From Pseudomonas phage IR-QUMS-PaBa1-GHS-2021, in the sequence record OP599913.1: a stretch of 40,000 bases of DNA, one strand, 5' to 3'. The stretch's first letter is position 1; each line of letters begins with the position of its first letter. Below are positions 1 through 9,251 of the stretch, piece by piece. The position numbers were made by a program, and so were the translations under genes. The notes under the pieces were generated by a model, which did not search any database, was not told where the DNA came from, and worked only from the letters and a program-made list of their open reading frames with translations.

Positions 1-67
1 ATCCAACTTCAAGAAGAAAATCGGTCCATTCGTGGACGAACTTAACGTTCGATGAGAGGATAAACCT

Positions 68-472
68 ATGTACAACGTTATCGCAAATGCGGTGCTTCTG
101 ACCACATATGCTGTAATCGTGCTGCTAGTTGTTCAGCGCTATCTAGAAGCTAAGGGTATGCGTTACTCCATTAAGCGAATAGAGAACGGTCGTATTTTTA
201 GCTTCTCGTTAGGGGTATACGCAGGGAAGATACGGATCCTGCATTCTCCGGACTGTACAGACCCGATCTTCAAACGCCGTTATGATGGATGGGAAGTGAC
301 CTTTCCTGAACACTTTACGGAAGAGCAGATGGACCATTACATCATGCACCACGAACCCTTTGGGGAACACAATGCGTCTCATTCGAAGGATTTTGTTGTC
401 TTCAGAGAAGTCATGATTCGCAAGAACAATGAGGTTTCGTGCGTAGATGGGAATATCTTCTGCCAAGCGTAA
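68..472 (+). CDS. small putative membrane protein (N-terminal hydrophobic helix), unknown function
   Basis: ORF of 134 aa with N-terminal VLLTTYAVIVLLVV segment; ATG preceded by GAGAGGATAAACCT; ends just before a strong hairpin. Confidence 0.6.
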   Translation: MYNVIANAVLLTTYAVIVLLVVQRYLEAKGMRYSIKRIENGRIFSFSLGVYAGKIRILHSPDCTDPIFKRRYDGWEVTFPEHFTEEQMDHYIMHHEPFGEHNASHSKDFVVFREVMIRKNNEVSCVDGNIFCQA

Positions 473-486
473 TGAACCCATACAGT

Positions 487-518
487 ACCCTCCCTACCCC
501 GCAAAGGGTAGGGAGGGT
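487..518. terminator. intrinsic (possibly bidirectional) terminator
   Basis: 13-bp perfect stem ACCCTCCCTACCC / GGGTAGGGAGGGT (487-499 / 506-518), followed by CAGTACACCTTTTTTG, between two convergent genes. Confidence 0.85.
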
Positions 519-538
519 ATGCAGTACACCTTTTTTGT

Positions 539-1447
539 TTAACCCATGTACAACTGACCGGCAGCGCCGTCCACTTGGGCTTTCTGATCGATCATCCGTT
601 CGATGGTACCGGATGGCGACGAGGTGACAGCCGCAGAACGCTGTTTGAAGCCCGGAGGGGCAGCAATGGCATCCGGGTTGTACAGCGGAAGGAGTTTCAA
701 CATCTGACGAGCAATCTGTTTCACGGCCAGGGTGTCGAATTCCACCAAACCGGTGAACTCCATGGTGATCTGACGGATTGCGCCTTCTTCGCTCTTGTTA
801 CGCTTGATTTCAATCGGAACAGAGGTACGGGGCATCATACCAACCACCAAGGCAGCGTGAGCAATGTCCTTCATGGTGTGGGTGGGTTCGAAGTAGATGC
901 ACGAGACCGATACTTCATCGATCAGCATGTCACCCGGATTGTCCAGGATGACAATCTTGGCGTTCAGGACTTCCGAATCCATGACCAGCCATTGTTGCCA
1001 GACCTTGAACATCTTGGTGAACACTTCACCGATGCAATCGTAACCAGTATGCGTGACTTGACCCATTGAACGGGTAGCGCCCGACGGAATGGAGAGTACG
1101 TGACCCGTCCATTCCATTTGAGCAAACTGAACCTCAGTCATGTCACGGAGACCTTCGAACGACTGAGAACGGTTTTCAAACCACGCCTTACACAGCGAAT
1201 GCAACGCAGTGCCACCCGGCAGTCGGGAGAAGGCAGCGGGAGTCGAGAGGACAATACACCACCCCAGTTGACTGACGTGAGGTTGTGCGCTGACATACTC
1301 GAAGACGTTACCAGCCCAACCGTACATACCCCCGAATTGGGCGTTAATAACCGGACGGTTTTGCAGGTCCAGAGCCCGTACGAAGGGATCGGACTTCGGG
1401 AGTAGGGTCGTACTGGACCGATGAGGGAAGTTCGTTTCATTAGCCAT
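539..1447 (-). CDS. probable tail tube protein (phiKZ gp30-like)
   Basis: 302-aa ORF directly downstream of the sheath-like gene on the same strand; size and position match the sheath-tube pair of phiKZ-like phages. Inferred from synteny. Confidence 0.65.
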   Translation of the reverse strand: MANETNFPHRSSTTLLPKSDPFVRALDLQNRPVINAQFGGMYGWAGNVFEYVSAQPHVSQLGWCIVLSTPAAFSRLPGGTALHSLCKAWFENRSQSFEGLRDMTEVQFAQMEWTGHVLSIPSGATRSMGQVTHTGYDCIGEVFTKMFKVWQQWLVMDSEVLNAKIVILDNPGDMLIDEVSVSCIYFEPTHTMKDIAHAALVVGMMPRTSVPIEIKRNKSEEGAIRQITMEFTGLVEFDTLAVKQIARQMLKLLPLYNPDAIAAPPGFKQRSAAVTSSPSGTIERMIDQKAQVDGAAGQLYMG

Positions 1448-1457
1448 CTTTCATTCC

Positions 1458-3626
1458 TCAGGCCGCAGTAGTGGCCAGATCCTGTTGGTTGTAAGCGTAG
1501 AGATCGAATTCCATCATGTACTTGGCTTTGTTAAACCAAGCGTGGAGAATCACACGCAGTTTCGCACGGGATCCGAGCGTTCCAGTTTCGTAGAACGTTT
1601 CTGCGACGATGTTGGAGACTTCACCCCCTACCGCGTTACGGCACGCGCTCTCGATCTCGTCTTTCATGATGGAGGCGTAGTTATCTGCGGTGATGGTACG
1701 GTCACCACAAACGATGCGCCATTGATCCGCGGAGATCTTCTCCATCGCCACGCACAGGAACGGGTTAGCCAGGTCCTTGAGGACCGAGTCGGGGTTCGGG
1801 TGAATGGTGGGGAGACCCGGACGGTACGTTTGAACGTTCCAGTCCCAAGGCTTCAGGGAGATATGGCCGTTGCTGAAGTTCTCAGCCGCCACTTCATCTT
1901 CTTCGAAGACGATGTTGGGGGAGTGCATCAGACGGAGTTTACGGTTATCCGCATGATCCGGTGCGTTTGGAGTGACGATCAGACCGTCGATGTTACCTGC
2001 CCATAGCGCAAAGGCATAGGCCAGGTCGATGTTACCCGAGAAGTACCAGCCGGTCGGTTCATCGGTGACTTTCGCCTCGATGAGGTTCACAGCTGCACGG
2101 CAGGCTGGGGTACCCCACTTCTCAGACTCGACCGTCATGCGCAGTCGATTGGTGATCATTGCAGCCCGAGAATAGATCTCTTCGAGACTGTTCTTCTCAC
2201 CCGGTCTCCAGACACAGGCGTCTGCTACAACCAGAATGTCCTTACGGGCACCCAGGAACTGCTCGGCGATATCTTTTACTTCTTGGGAATAACCAATATC
2301 CCAGAAGATCGATTGACGGTTACGGGTGGTGTCTTTCATTTCCACACCATTCACGTAACTGGTCAGATCCGCCACCATCAGTTTGTTGGTGATTTCCCAC
2401 GCCTGAAGGTGAGTGAGAGGACGCTCGGTGTTAGTCAGCAGACCAAAGGGATCGTTGACTGTCGGCTTGGTAACGTAATCAGGTACCTTACCGTCCTTAT
2501 CCAGGAACGGCGAAATACCGCCCGAGGATTTAATAGCGCCGCTCAGGTCCCACTTGATAACACCCGAGGTGGTGATGGCGTAGTAAGGCGCGCCGTTGTG
2601 GTTGGTGCAGGTGAACGGGTTCATCTGCTTGTAGTACTCACCGGGAACACCGACTTCTACCAGGGTATCATTTTCCGGCTGTTCCACCACATACATCATC
2701 TGACACAGGGTGTCGATGTTGTCCTGGTAAACGACCAGGTCGTTGAACGGAGCCGGAACCGGGTTACCCGGGGCGTTCTTGTTACGACCAGTAAAGGAGC
2801 CGAAACCCGTTTGCAGGCTGTACTGAACGCCGTTGAGGGACACCGGGAACAGGGTGAACTTGGCACTTTCCTGTTGGAGGGTGGTTTTCGAATACACACG
2901 AGTCCCATCGACTCCATCGGTGAACTGACGGAGGTCGTAAGGGAAAGTACCCGTGGACCGAACGAATTCGGAAATGGAACGCCAATTCAGCGCGTCCGCA
3001 CGGACACCCAGGTTAAGGCCCGACTTGTTGTATTCGTCACCGACACCAGCCACCCCTTCGAACAGGGGGAGTACCAGGGTTTCAGGGGTATCACCACTGG
3101 CGGCGATGGTGCGGACTTCGAGCGCGCCGGGTTCTTTACCCGCTGCGGCATCATCGATTTTGATTTCGATGTTCAGACCGTTCGGGTAGGTTTTACCCGG
3201 GATCGGAATACGCTCGCCGTTTTCGTTATACTTCCAACGGCCGTTGGCATCCCGCTCGTAGGCTTGAACTTCCACTTTCTGAACAAACGCAGAGAGCGAG
3301 GCTTTCGAAACCACTTCGTTGACCGAGAGGCGGCGAATACCAATGGTGTTCTGGCGACCCAGGGCGAGGGCCTGGATCAGGACCGACGTTGGGCTGTAGT
3401 AGGGCGACTTCTCGTCGAAAATGTCACCAAAGATCTTTTTGACGTCTTGGGGGGCTACCCATTGGGTGCCTGCTTTAGACGCCAGTTTTCCTTTGGGGAA
3501 GATACCGTGGATAACAGGAAGGTGGAGCGGGGTGGTTGGCGGGGACGTGTCATATTCTGGAATAGAGTTGTCCCGAATCCCACTAATGTCCACCTTTCCA
3601 GGGACGATTCTGTTGAAAACAGTCAT
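1458..3626 (-). CDS. probable contractile tail sheath protein (phiKZ gp29-like)
   Basis: About 722 aa from MTVFNRIVPGKVDISG; ATG at 3624-3626 preceded by GAGGTTGCC. N-terminal region (PTSVLIQALALGRQNTIGIRRLS) and C-terminal region (RAKLRVILHAWFNKAKYMMEFDLYAYNQ) look sheath-like. The ORF track start at 3713 is probably too long. Confidence 0.7.
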   Translation of the reverse strand: MTVFNRIVPGKVDISGIRDNSIPEYDTSPPTTPLHLPVIHGIFPKGKLASKAGTQWVAPQDVKKIFGDIFDEKSPYYSPTSVLIQALALGRQNTIGIRRLSVNEVVSKASLSAFVQKVEVQAYERDANGRWKYNENGERIPIPGKTYPNGLNIEIKIDDAAAGKEPGALEVRTIAASGDTPETLVLPLFEGVAGVGDEYNKSGLNLGVRADALNWRSISEFVRSTGTFPYDLRQFTDGVDGTRVYSKTTLQQESAKFTLFPVSLNGVQYSLQTGFGSFTGRNKNAPGNPVPAPFNDLVVYQDNIDTLCQMMYVVEQPENDTLVEVGVPGEYYKQMNPFTCTNHNGAPYYAITTSGVIKWDLSGAIKSSGGISPFLDKDGKVPDYVTKPTVNDPFGLLTNTERPLTHLQAWEITNKLMVADLTSYVNGVEMKDTTRNRQSIFWDIGYSQEVKDIAEQFLGARKDILVVADACVWRPGEKNSLEEIYSRAAMITNRLRMTVESEKWGTPACRAAVNLIEAKVTDEPTGWYFSGNIDLAYAFALWAGNIDGLIVTPNAPDHADNRKLRLMHSPNIVFEEDEVAAENFSNGHISLKPWDWNVQTYRPGLPTIHPNPDSVLKDLANPFLCVAMEKISADQWRIVCGDRTITADNYASIMKDEIESACRNAVGGEVSNIVAETFYETGTLGSRAKLRVILHAWFNKAKYMMEFDLYAYNQQDLATTAA

Positions 3627-3735
3627 GGCAACCTCGTGGGGGAAAAGTTTGAAGCAATCGTATGAACCCATTTTCAGGGCCGTACAGTGTAATAAGGCAC
3701 TGTCACATAACATGTTATTTTAAGGAATATCTACC

Positions 3736-4614
3736 ATGCTGATCAATGCCTATGACACCACGGTCGGTAAAGTGATCCGGGCGTCTCACCACGTAGACGA
3801 AGTCATCAAAACCCTTCATCTGACTAACAATCTGTCTCCCACTAAGAAAGACAAGGTCTACGTTATTACGCACGCCACCAACGTTCCGTTTTCGACCATT
3901 GCTTTTCCGATTACTTTACAGACCCATACCCGCCAAACCATTACGGTGTATGACGAACGTCCGTACCGGGATAAACAGAACCGAGTCACGAACCAGAATG
4001 ACCTGACCATTATGCGACTGGCGGCGTTTCTACAACAGGATGTTGCTGAGTTGAACTTCAGTCCGGTTAAGCTGAGTCGCAATATGGTAACCAAAGCCTT
4101 TAGTGACGCGCTAACCCAACGGTTAACGATGCGGGGTGGTTTGGATATCGTAGAGTCTTCGACCCTGAAGGTGTTGATTGGGTATTATGTGGTTTGTCTT
4201 CAAGAGAACCCGAACAATGACCTGGTCTTTGTGGTTGAGAATGTCCTGCGTAATGTGTACGGGATGGAAAAAGACTTTGTATTGGGGGTCATTGCCGATC
4301 TCCCTCATCTGAGTAAGCTGGAAGACCTCCTCAGTGAGATTCGTAAGAATCCTGTGTTGTATAAACTCAAAGGGATGGGTCTTAAGGACTTCATTGCTGT
4401 GGTGGGTGGATTGGCCTTTACGGGGCTGGGGAAACAGGTCTTTGAAGCTGCGTCTGAAGCACCTTGCTTGTTGACGGCCTTTGTCTATGGTGCAGCACGT
4501 TTCAGGGCGCTGAATAAAACACCGCTGGGAATGGCATTGGATCCTAAATACAACAAAGGGATCCTGGATACCTTCCTTAAGAACATCGATTACACGTATG
4601 ATCTCAACGGGTAA
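3736..4614 (+). CDS. conserved phiKZ-like structural/unknown protein
   Basis: 292-aa ORF, AAGGAATATCTACC-ATG; starts a co-directional block ending in terL. Confidence 0.6.
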   Translation: MLINAYDTTVGKVIRASHHVDEVIKTLHLTNNLSPTKKDKVYVITHATNVPFSTIAFPITLQTHTRQTITVYDERPYRDKQNRVTNQNDLTIMRLAAFLQQDVAELNFSPVKLSRNMVTKAFSDALTQRLTMRGGLDIVESSTLKVLIGYYVVCLQENPNNDLVFVVENVLRNVYGMEKDFVLGVIADLPHLSKLEDLLSEIRKNPVLYKLKGMGLKDFIAVVGGLAFTGLGKQVFEAASEAPCLLTAFVYGAARFRALNKTPLGMALDPKYNKGILDTFLKNIDYTYDLNG

Positions 4615-4619
4615 CAGTT

Positions 4620-7232
4620 ATGACCATGAAAGGGTTTGATACGGATAACCCATTGCTGGCCTACGCGACAGACCACCTGTGGGGTAACCCGGAAGAGAAT
4701 AACCAGTACCAGGTGCGTACAGTACGGCTCAGTGATTACTACGGAGATGTGGACAACTTCTCCTTTATGGGCAAATGGCGGAGTTTGCCTAAGCGGGATA
4801 CGTTCTATTACGTCTTTTCTGTAGGGGGGTTGGATGCAGGCTATTGGAACTTCCATACCAACTTACTGAAACGGAATCCCTTAGACCGGTGGATGAACCT
4901 GGCCGAGCTGTGTAAACGCCGGGGTGTTCAGCTGGATATCTACAACACCAAAGGGTACCAGTACAGCCGGAATAAAGCTTGGGTCATGATGACGTACGAT
5001 AAGCTCACGTTTATCGCCCTGGAGAAGTATAACACCTACCCCATGCCAACGGGTCAGGAGATGTTCTTTCGATGCTACACCGCTTCCAGTGAGGTGGCGA
5101 AGAATGAACAAACCGCGAATGCTGCCAGTAACCCGTACGTCTATGAGACCATGGTGTACGAGAGTCAGGCTGAACTGGCGGTCTTTAATAACCGGTACTT
5201 AGCCTGTAAAGGCAAACCTGGGTTTACCGGGGTAACAGTGAATGGGGTCTATTGGCACGGTAATCCAGGGTCGATTCCTAATTTGGTCCTAGGGGACGTA
5301 GTGGAGTTCTTCCATGACCCCACTGTGATCCGTACGGAGCTGTACGCGTACAACACCCTGCAAGACTTCTATTCCACCTTGGATAAGAAACGGAAACTGA
5401 TCCTGCATCCTCCTAAACGCCCAGGGGACTTTACCCTTCGGTATTTTGATGACAACGATTACTACCTGTTGGGTAAAGGGTCGACAGGTCTGTATTTCCA
5501 TCGGAATGCGGTGAGTACGATTCGTCAGTTGACCCATGTGGATGTTGCCATTGCGGATGACCAGATCCAAGCCGCCAGTAATTACCACAAGGACCTCAGT
5601 GAGGTGAAGGATATTCGTATCCTGGTATTGGTTCGTAAAACGGATTGGGAATACCCTTGGCCGCATGATAATCAACGGATCCGTTACCTCTACCGGATGA
5701 CTGATGAAAACATCCTTAAAGCCATGACAGGTGATCGAGCAACGGTGCCGGAGTGGACCGCTCCTAATCTGGAAGCTGGGGTGGTGATGAGTTTTACCCG
5801 GAGTCAAATGAAAGCGTTGACCGTAGAGGGTGCTCGTAAAGCGGTGGGGTACAATGCGGCAACTCGGGTCCTCAGTGAAACCCCCCTTAAAGCGGTATAC
5901 GAGGCGGGTGGTCGAGGGGTTGAGATTCCCATCAGTTACCGAGTCAGTTGTACCGCTTGGGAACATGATGAGAACGGGTGCCTGTTGGAATACCACAATG
6001 TCAACAATATTCGGTACTACGCGCCTCGTAATCCGAAGTGTCAACTCGTTGAGTTCACCTGTGGTCAATACGGACGAACATTGGACTATGTGGTAACCAA
6101 TACTGATCTACCCTTAGACCCCTTTGATGGGTTCAGGGTGTATACCAGTCATTTCAATGTGGATCGAGGGGAAATCACCGGTGAGTTAACGGATGTCACT
6201 GGGGATAAGAAGATCTACGAGGTGGTTAATGAGGTCTTAGTCTGGAAAGGATTGGATCCCGTTAACCAACGTGGGGTAGTGGTCTTCAATACCCGGACCT
6301 TGGCTTATGGGTTTGAACTGGATCACATTGATCACAGCTTGAGCTTTGCCATTACCCACATCTATGAACCGGGTGGATTGGCAGTCCCTTTGATTCCTGC
6401 TCAAATCGATATTTGGATGAACGGTCATCCATTGATTGATAATGTCGATTGGATCTTTGACAACGGGTACTGCTACATCATCAACAAACAGTTCATTCAA
6501 CCGGGTGCTCAACAGTTTGTGGTGCGTTGCCATGACCTGTGGGAGGATAAGGAACGTCCTAAGGTAGAAACCGAACTCGGGTTCGTGGACGGTGGGGTGA
6601 TTGGACGGTTTAAACGGTATAACCTGAGGGAAGACCGGGTGACGCGTACCGTCATTGGAGGTCGTTTGGTGGTAACGGACGATGTGCCTACGGCCGAGCT
6701 GTCTTCTCCAGATAACCTCTGGAATCACCTCAATGGGTTACCGTACATGGTCAAACATGTCTTCCAACCCATTAAGTATGTCGTCCCCTATGACAACTTC
6801 CCAGGGTATAAAGAGAGTCGGGAGATTGATCAACGGGTGAGTGATTACTTAACGGAATACTGTCCTAAGCCGTTGGTGGATCCAGTGATACCGACCCTTC
6901 AGGATAAGTACCGGTTGTTCAGCCCCTTCCTGAATGTGGTGGTGAATGCGATTAAGAACCGGTTGTTGGTGGTTCCTAATCGAGTAGACGGTGAAGAGAC
7001 GTACAGCCCTCAGTTCATTGAGGAACAGGTCAGTTCGTACAAGTGGTGGTTAAAGTACGACCCGGTGATCCGGGAATACGACCTCCGCTATTTTGCCGTT
7101 ATGCCCTACGCGAATGATGAACTGCTCTCGGTAACACCCAACCAGTTTGTCTTCATTAAGCAAGTGAACGACCTTTACTTGAAGTCTGTCTGTGTCATTG
7201 AAGGCCACTTTGAAGTAAGTAACAGTGACTAA
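4620..7232 (+). CDS. large putative virion protein, unknown function
   Basis: 870-aa ORF tightly packed with its neighbours, between the tail and terL genes. Confidence 0.65.
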   Translation: MTMKGFDTDNPLLAYATDHLWGNPEENNQYQVRTVRLSDYYGDVDNFSFMGKWRSLPKRDTFYYVFSVGGLDAGYWNFHTNLLKRNPLDRWMNLAELCKRRGVQLDIYNTKGYQYSRNKAWVMMTYDKLTFIALEKYNTYPMPTGQEMFFRCYTASSEVAKNEQTANAASNPYVYETMVYESQAELAVFNNRYLACKGKPGFTGVTVNGVYWHGNPGSIPNLVLGDVVEFFHDPTVIRTELYAYNTLQDFYSTLDKKRKLILHPPKRPGDFTLRYFDDNDYYLLGKGSTGLYFHRNAVSTIRQLTHVDVAIADDQIQAASNYHKDLSEVKDIRILVLVRKTDWEYPWPHDNQRIRYLYRMTDENILKAMTGDRATVPEWTAPNLEAGVVMSFTRSQMKALTVEGARKAVGYNAATRVLSETPLKAVYEAGGRGVEIPISYRVSCTAWEHDENGCLLEYHNVNNIRYYAPRNPKCQLVEFTCGQYGRTLDYVVTNTDLPLDPFDGFRVYTSHFNVDRGEITGELTDVTGDKKIYEVVNEVLVWKGLDPVNQRGVVVFNTRTLAYGFELDHIDHSLSFAITHIYEPGGLAVPLIPAQIDIWMNGHPLIDNVDWIFDNGYCYIINKQFIQPGAQQFVVRCHDLWEDKERPKVETELGFVDGGVIGRFKRYNLREDRVTRTVIGGRLVVTDDVPTAELSSPDNLWNHLNGLPYMVKHVFQPIKYVVPYDNFPGYKESREIDQRVSDYLTEYCPKPLVDPVIPTLQDKYRLFSPFLNVVVNAIKNRLLVVPNRVDGEETYSPQFIEEQVSSYKWWLKYDPVIREYDLRYFAVMPYANDELLSVTPNQFVFIKQVNDLYLKSVCVIEGHFEVSNSD

Positions 7233-7243
7233 AGGGGATATTC

Positions 7244-8968
7244 ATGTTTGACAACAAACCCAGCACGAGTGCTGAGCGAGCGGTGGCGGGTACTGATTTG
7301 GCTCCTGAGAATGACGGCCAACGGTACAGGATCCATTACCTGCCTGACATCTATGATCCGGACAAGCATCCGCCGGAGGACATTGTTAAGTACGTGGTTC
7401 CCCGGGAACGGGAATTGGTGATCGATGTACCCAATAAACAGTTCCTGGAGGTGATTCATGTGGATTACCAGGGGAAGACCTTGAAGTCTACCTTGGTCCC
7501 GTGGGAACCGCGGACCAGTGAGGACGGTACCACAACTGAACAAGATTGGATCTTCGGTCTACGAGGGGGCCCTCTGCTGGGTGAAGCCTTGCTGAGTGTG
7601 GACTACAGCCAACGACCTAACGTAGCGCGTGTTGACAGCACCATCATGCGACCCGGCGCAGCGTACGCTAAACTCTACCTCGGTAACGACGCCAGTGACA
7701 ACGGTCGGATCATCAGTGCCCAGTACGACAAGTCGGCGAATATGATCAGCAACAAGGTACCTACCAAGTTGGCTGAGATCGTAGACCGTACGAACCTGGA
7801 GATTATGACCACGGGTCCTTTCAGTGTCACGGAGAACGAGGAGGCCCTGAAAGACGGTACGCGTTGTACGTTGGTGTTCTATGACGAGGGGGGTAACTTC
7901 ATTCCCCCGGTTCAACCTGTAATGGTCCAACATTGTGCATACATGCGGGATCACCAGATTGGTACCAAGTATGTCACGGAGATTGAACTGCTCACACCGT
8001 GGTTTACTAATACAGTCAATGCGGAGAAGATTATCATTCCGGTGAACGTATTGGTAACGGCTATTGAGTTCAGGGCGGTGATTCATTACTCGGATGGCAG
8101 TACCAGTGCGCCCATGCCGGTGAACGGTGAACGGTTCAACCTGTACGGGTTGAATGAATGGCGCCCCACCTGGCCGGGTCAAGAGGGTGAGATCGTTCTG
8201 ACCCTTAAACTGGCAGCGAATGAACAGCATTACATTGCCAAACCCGGGAGTCCCGATCACATCAGTCGAACCTATTCGGTAGAAGCCGGTCCTGTTAAAG
8301 GCGCGTACTCGCCGAAGATCTACACCTTCCCGCAATGGGATCCGAGTATTTCGGGGTATCGACTCCAACATTGGCTGTTGGATCTGGATCGGAAAACGGC
8401 CATTGATGTGACCGCTCAAGTGAAGTTCAATGAGAAGAGTGAAGTCTGGCGGCCTTCTGCCTACGGGGTTGCTCAATCGTTGATCTTTAACTTGAACCTG
8501 AGGGATGTATCGAGTCAGTACGAGAGTGTGATCTTCCGGCAGTACACCACCATTGTGTTGTATAAAGACATCAATGGGCCGGGTAAACGCTTTGATGTGT
8601 CCTTCTCGCAGAATAAACCGTCGTACGAAGCGAAGTTCATTGTCGCTAAGAACGCCGGGGTCGCTACCACGGTCAATGTGGCCAACGGGTACGGTAATCA
8701 AACGGATTGGCTGAAAGCGTTGTATTGGGGGGTCGAACCGAGTTTCAATCGGTTCGATGAAGAGAAAGCTCCTTTACCCACTCATTTCTACCTGGTTCAT
8801 GAAGACGGGCGTTCCTGGCGGTATCCGATCTCGGATTGGAATAAGAACAACGCCATCAACATTGAACTTCAGAAGGGCAAGACCTGGTTCCTTCGTTGGG
8901 TGGAACGCCAAACGTCTGGTGATGAGAAGCAACTGGCCGTTACTGGTGTAACGGTTGAATTTCCTTAA
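7244..8968 (+). CDS. putative virion/structural protein, unknown function
   Basis: 574-aa ORF preceded by AAAGGGGATATTC-ATG; same block. Confidence 0.65.
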   Translation: MFDNKPSTSAERAVAGTDLAPENDGQRYRIHYLPDIYDPDKHPPEDIVKYVVPRERELVIDVPNKQFLEVIHVDYQGKTLKSTLVPWEPRTSEDGTTTEQDWIFGLRGGPLLGEALLSVDYSQRPNVARVDSTIMRPGAAYAKLYLGNDASDNGRIISAQYDKSANMISNKVPTKLAEIVDRTNLEIMTTGPFSVTENEEALKDGTRCTLVFYDEGGNFIPPVQPVMVQHCAYMRDHQIGTKYVTEIELLTPWFTNTVNAEKIIIPVNVLVTAIEFRAVIHYSDGSTSAPMPVNGERFNLYGLNEWRPTWPGQEGEIVLTLKLAANEQHYIAKPGSPDHISRTYSVEAGPVKGAYSPKIYTFPQWDPSISGYRLQHWLLDLDRKTAIDVTAQVKFNEKSEVWRPSAYGVAQSLIFNLNLRDVSSQYESVIFRQYTTIVLYKDINGPGKRFDVSFSQNKPSYEAKFIVAKNAGVATTVNVANGYGNQTDWLKALYWGVEPSFNRFDEEKAPLPTHFYLVHEDGRSWRYPISDWNKNNAINIELQKGKTWFLRWVERQTSGDEKQLAVTGVTVEFP

Positions 8969-8980
8969 GGAGGAAACAAA

Positions 8981-9166
8981 ATGACCAGTACGGTTAACGT
9001 AACCGCTCATTGTACCGAAGATAAGGAAGTAGTGGTTCGGGTCCAGACTCCTGAAGATATCTCGCAAGAGGTTATTCTTCAGAACGGTGAGAAGACGGAA
9101 GTGGTGGTGTTCGGCGCTAAGCAGGTCATCATTCACGAACGGACTCGGTTGGAACCCGAGGGTTAA
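8981..9166 (+). CDS. small hypothetical protein
   Basis: 61-aa ORF with strong RBS AAGGAGGAAACAAA-ATG. Confidence 0.65.
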   Translation: MTSTVNVTAHCTEDKEVVVRVQTPEDISQEVILQNGEKTEVVVFGAKQVIIHERTRLEPEG

Positions 9167-9251
9167 CGGCGGCTGATCCTATAGTTAAAGAGTAACCCTG
9201 GGCAGTGCCCAGGGTTACTTGATTGTTATAGGGTTTTCGTGGAGTTGATGT

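Noticed and set aside
2283-3665. 460-aa plus-strand ORF opposite the sheath gene
   Set aside because: Composition typical of an antisense shadow frame; the sheath frame on the minus strand is longer and has clear context.
5289-6068. 259-aa minus-strand ORF within the 870-aa gene
   Set aside because: Fully inside a well-supported plus-strand gene; shadow frame.
7559-8701. 380-aa minus-strand ORF
   Set aside because: Shadow of the 574-aa plus-strand gene; composition unlike a real protein and no RBS support noticed.
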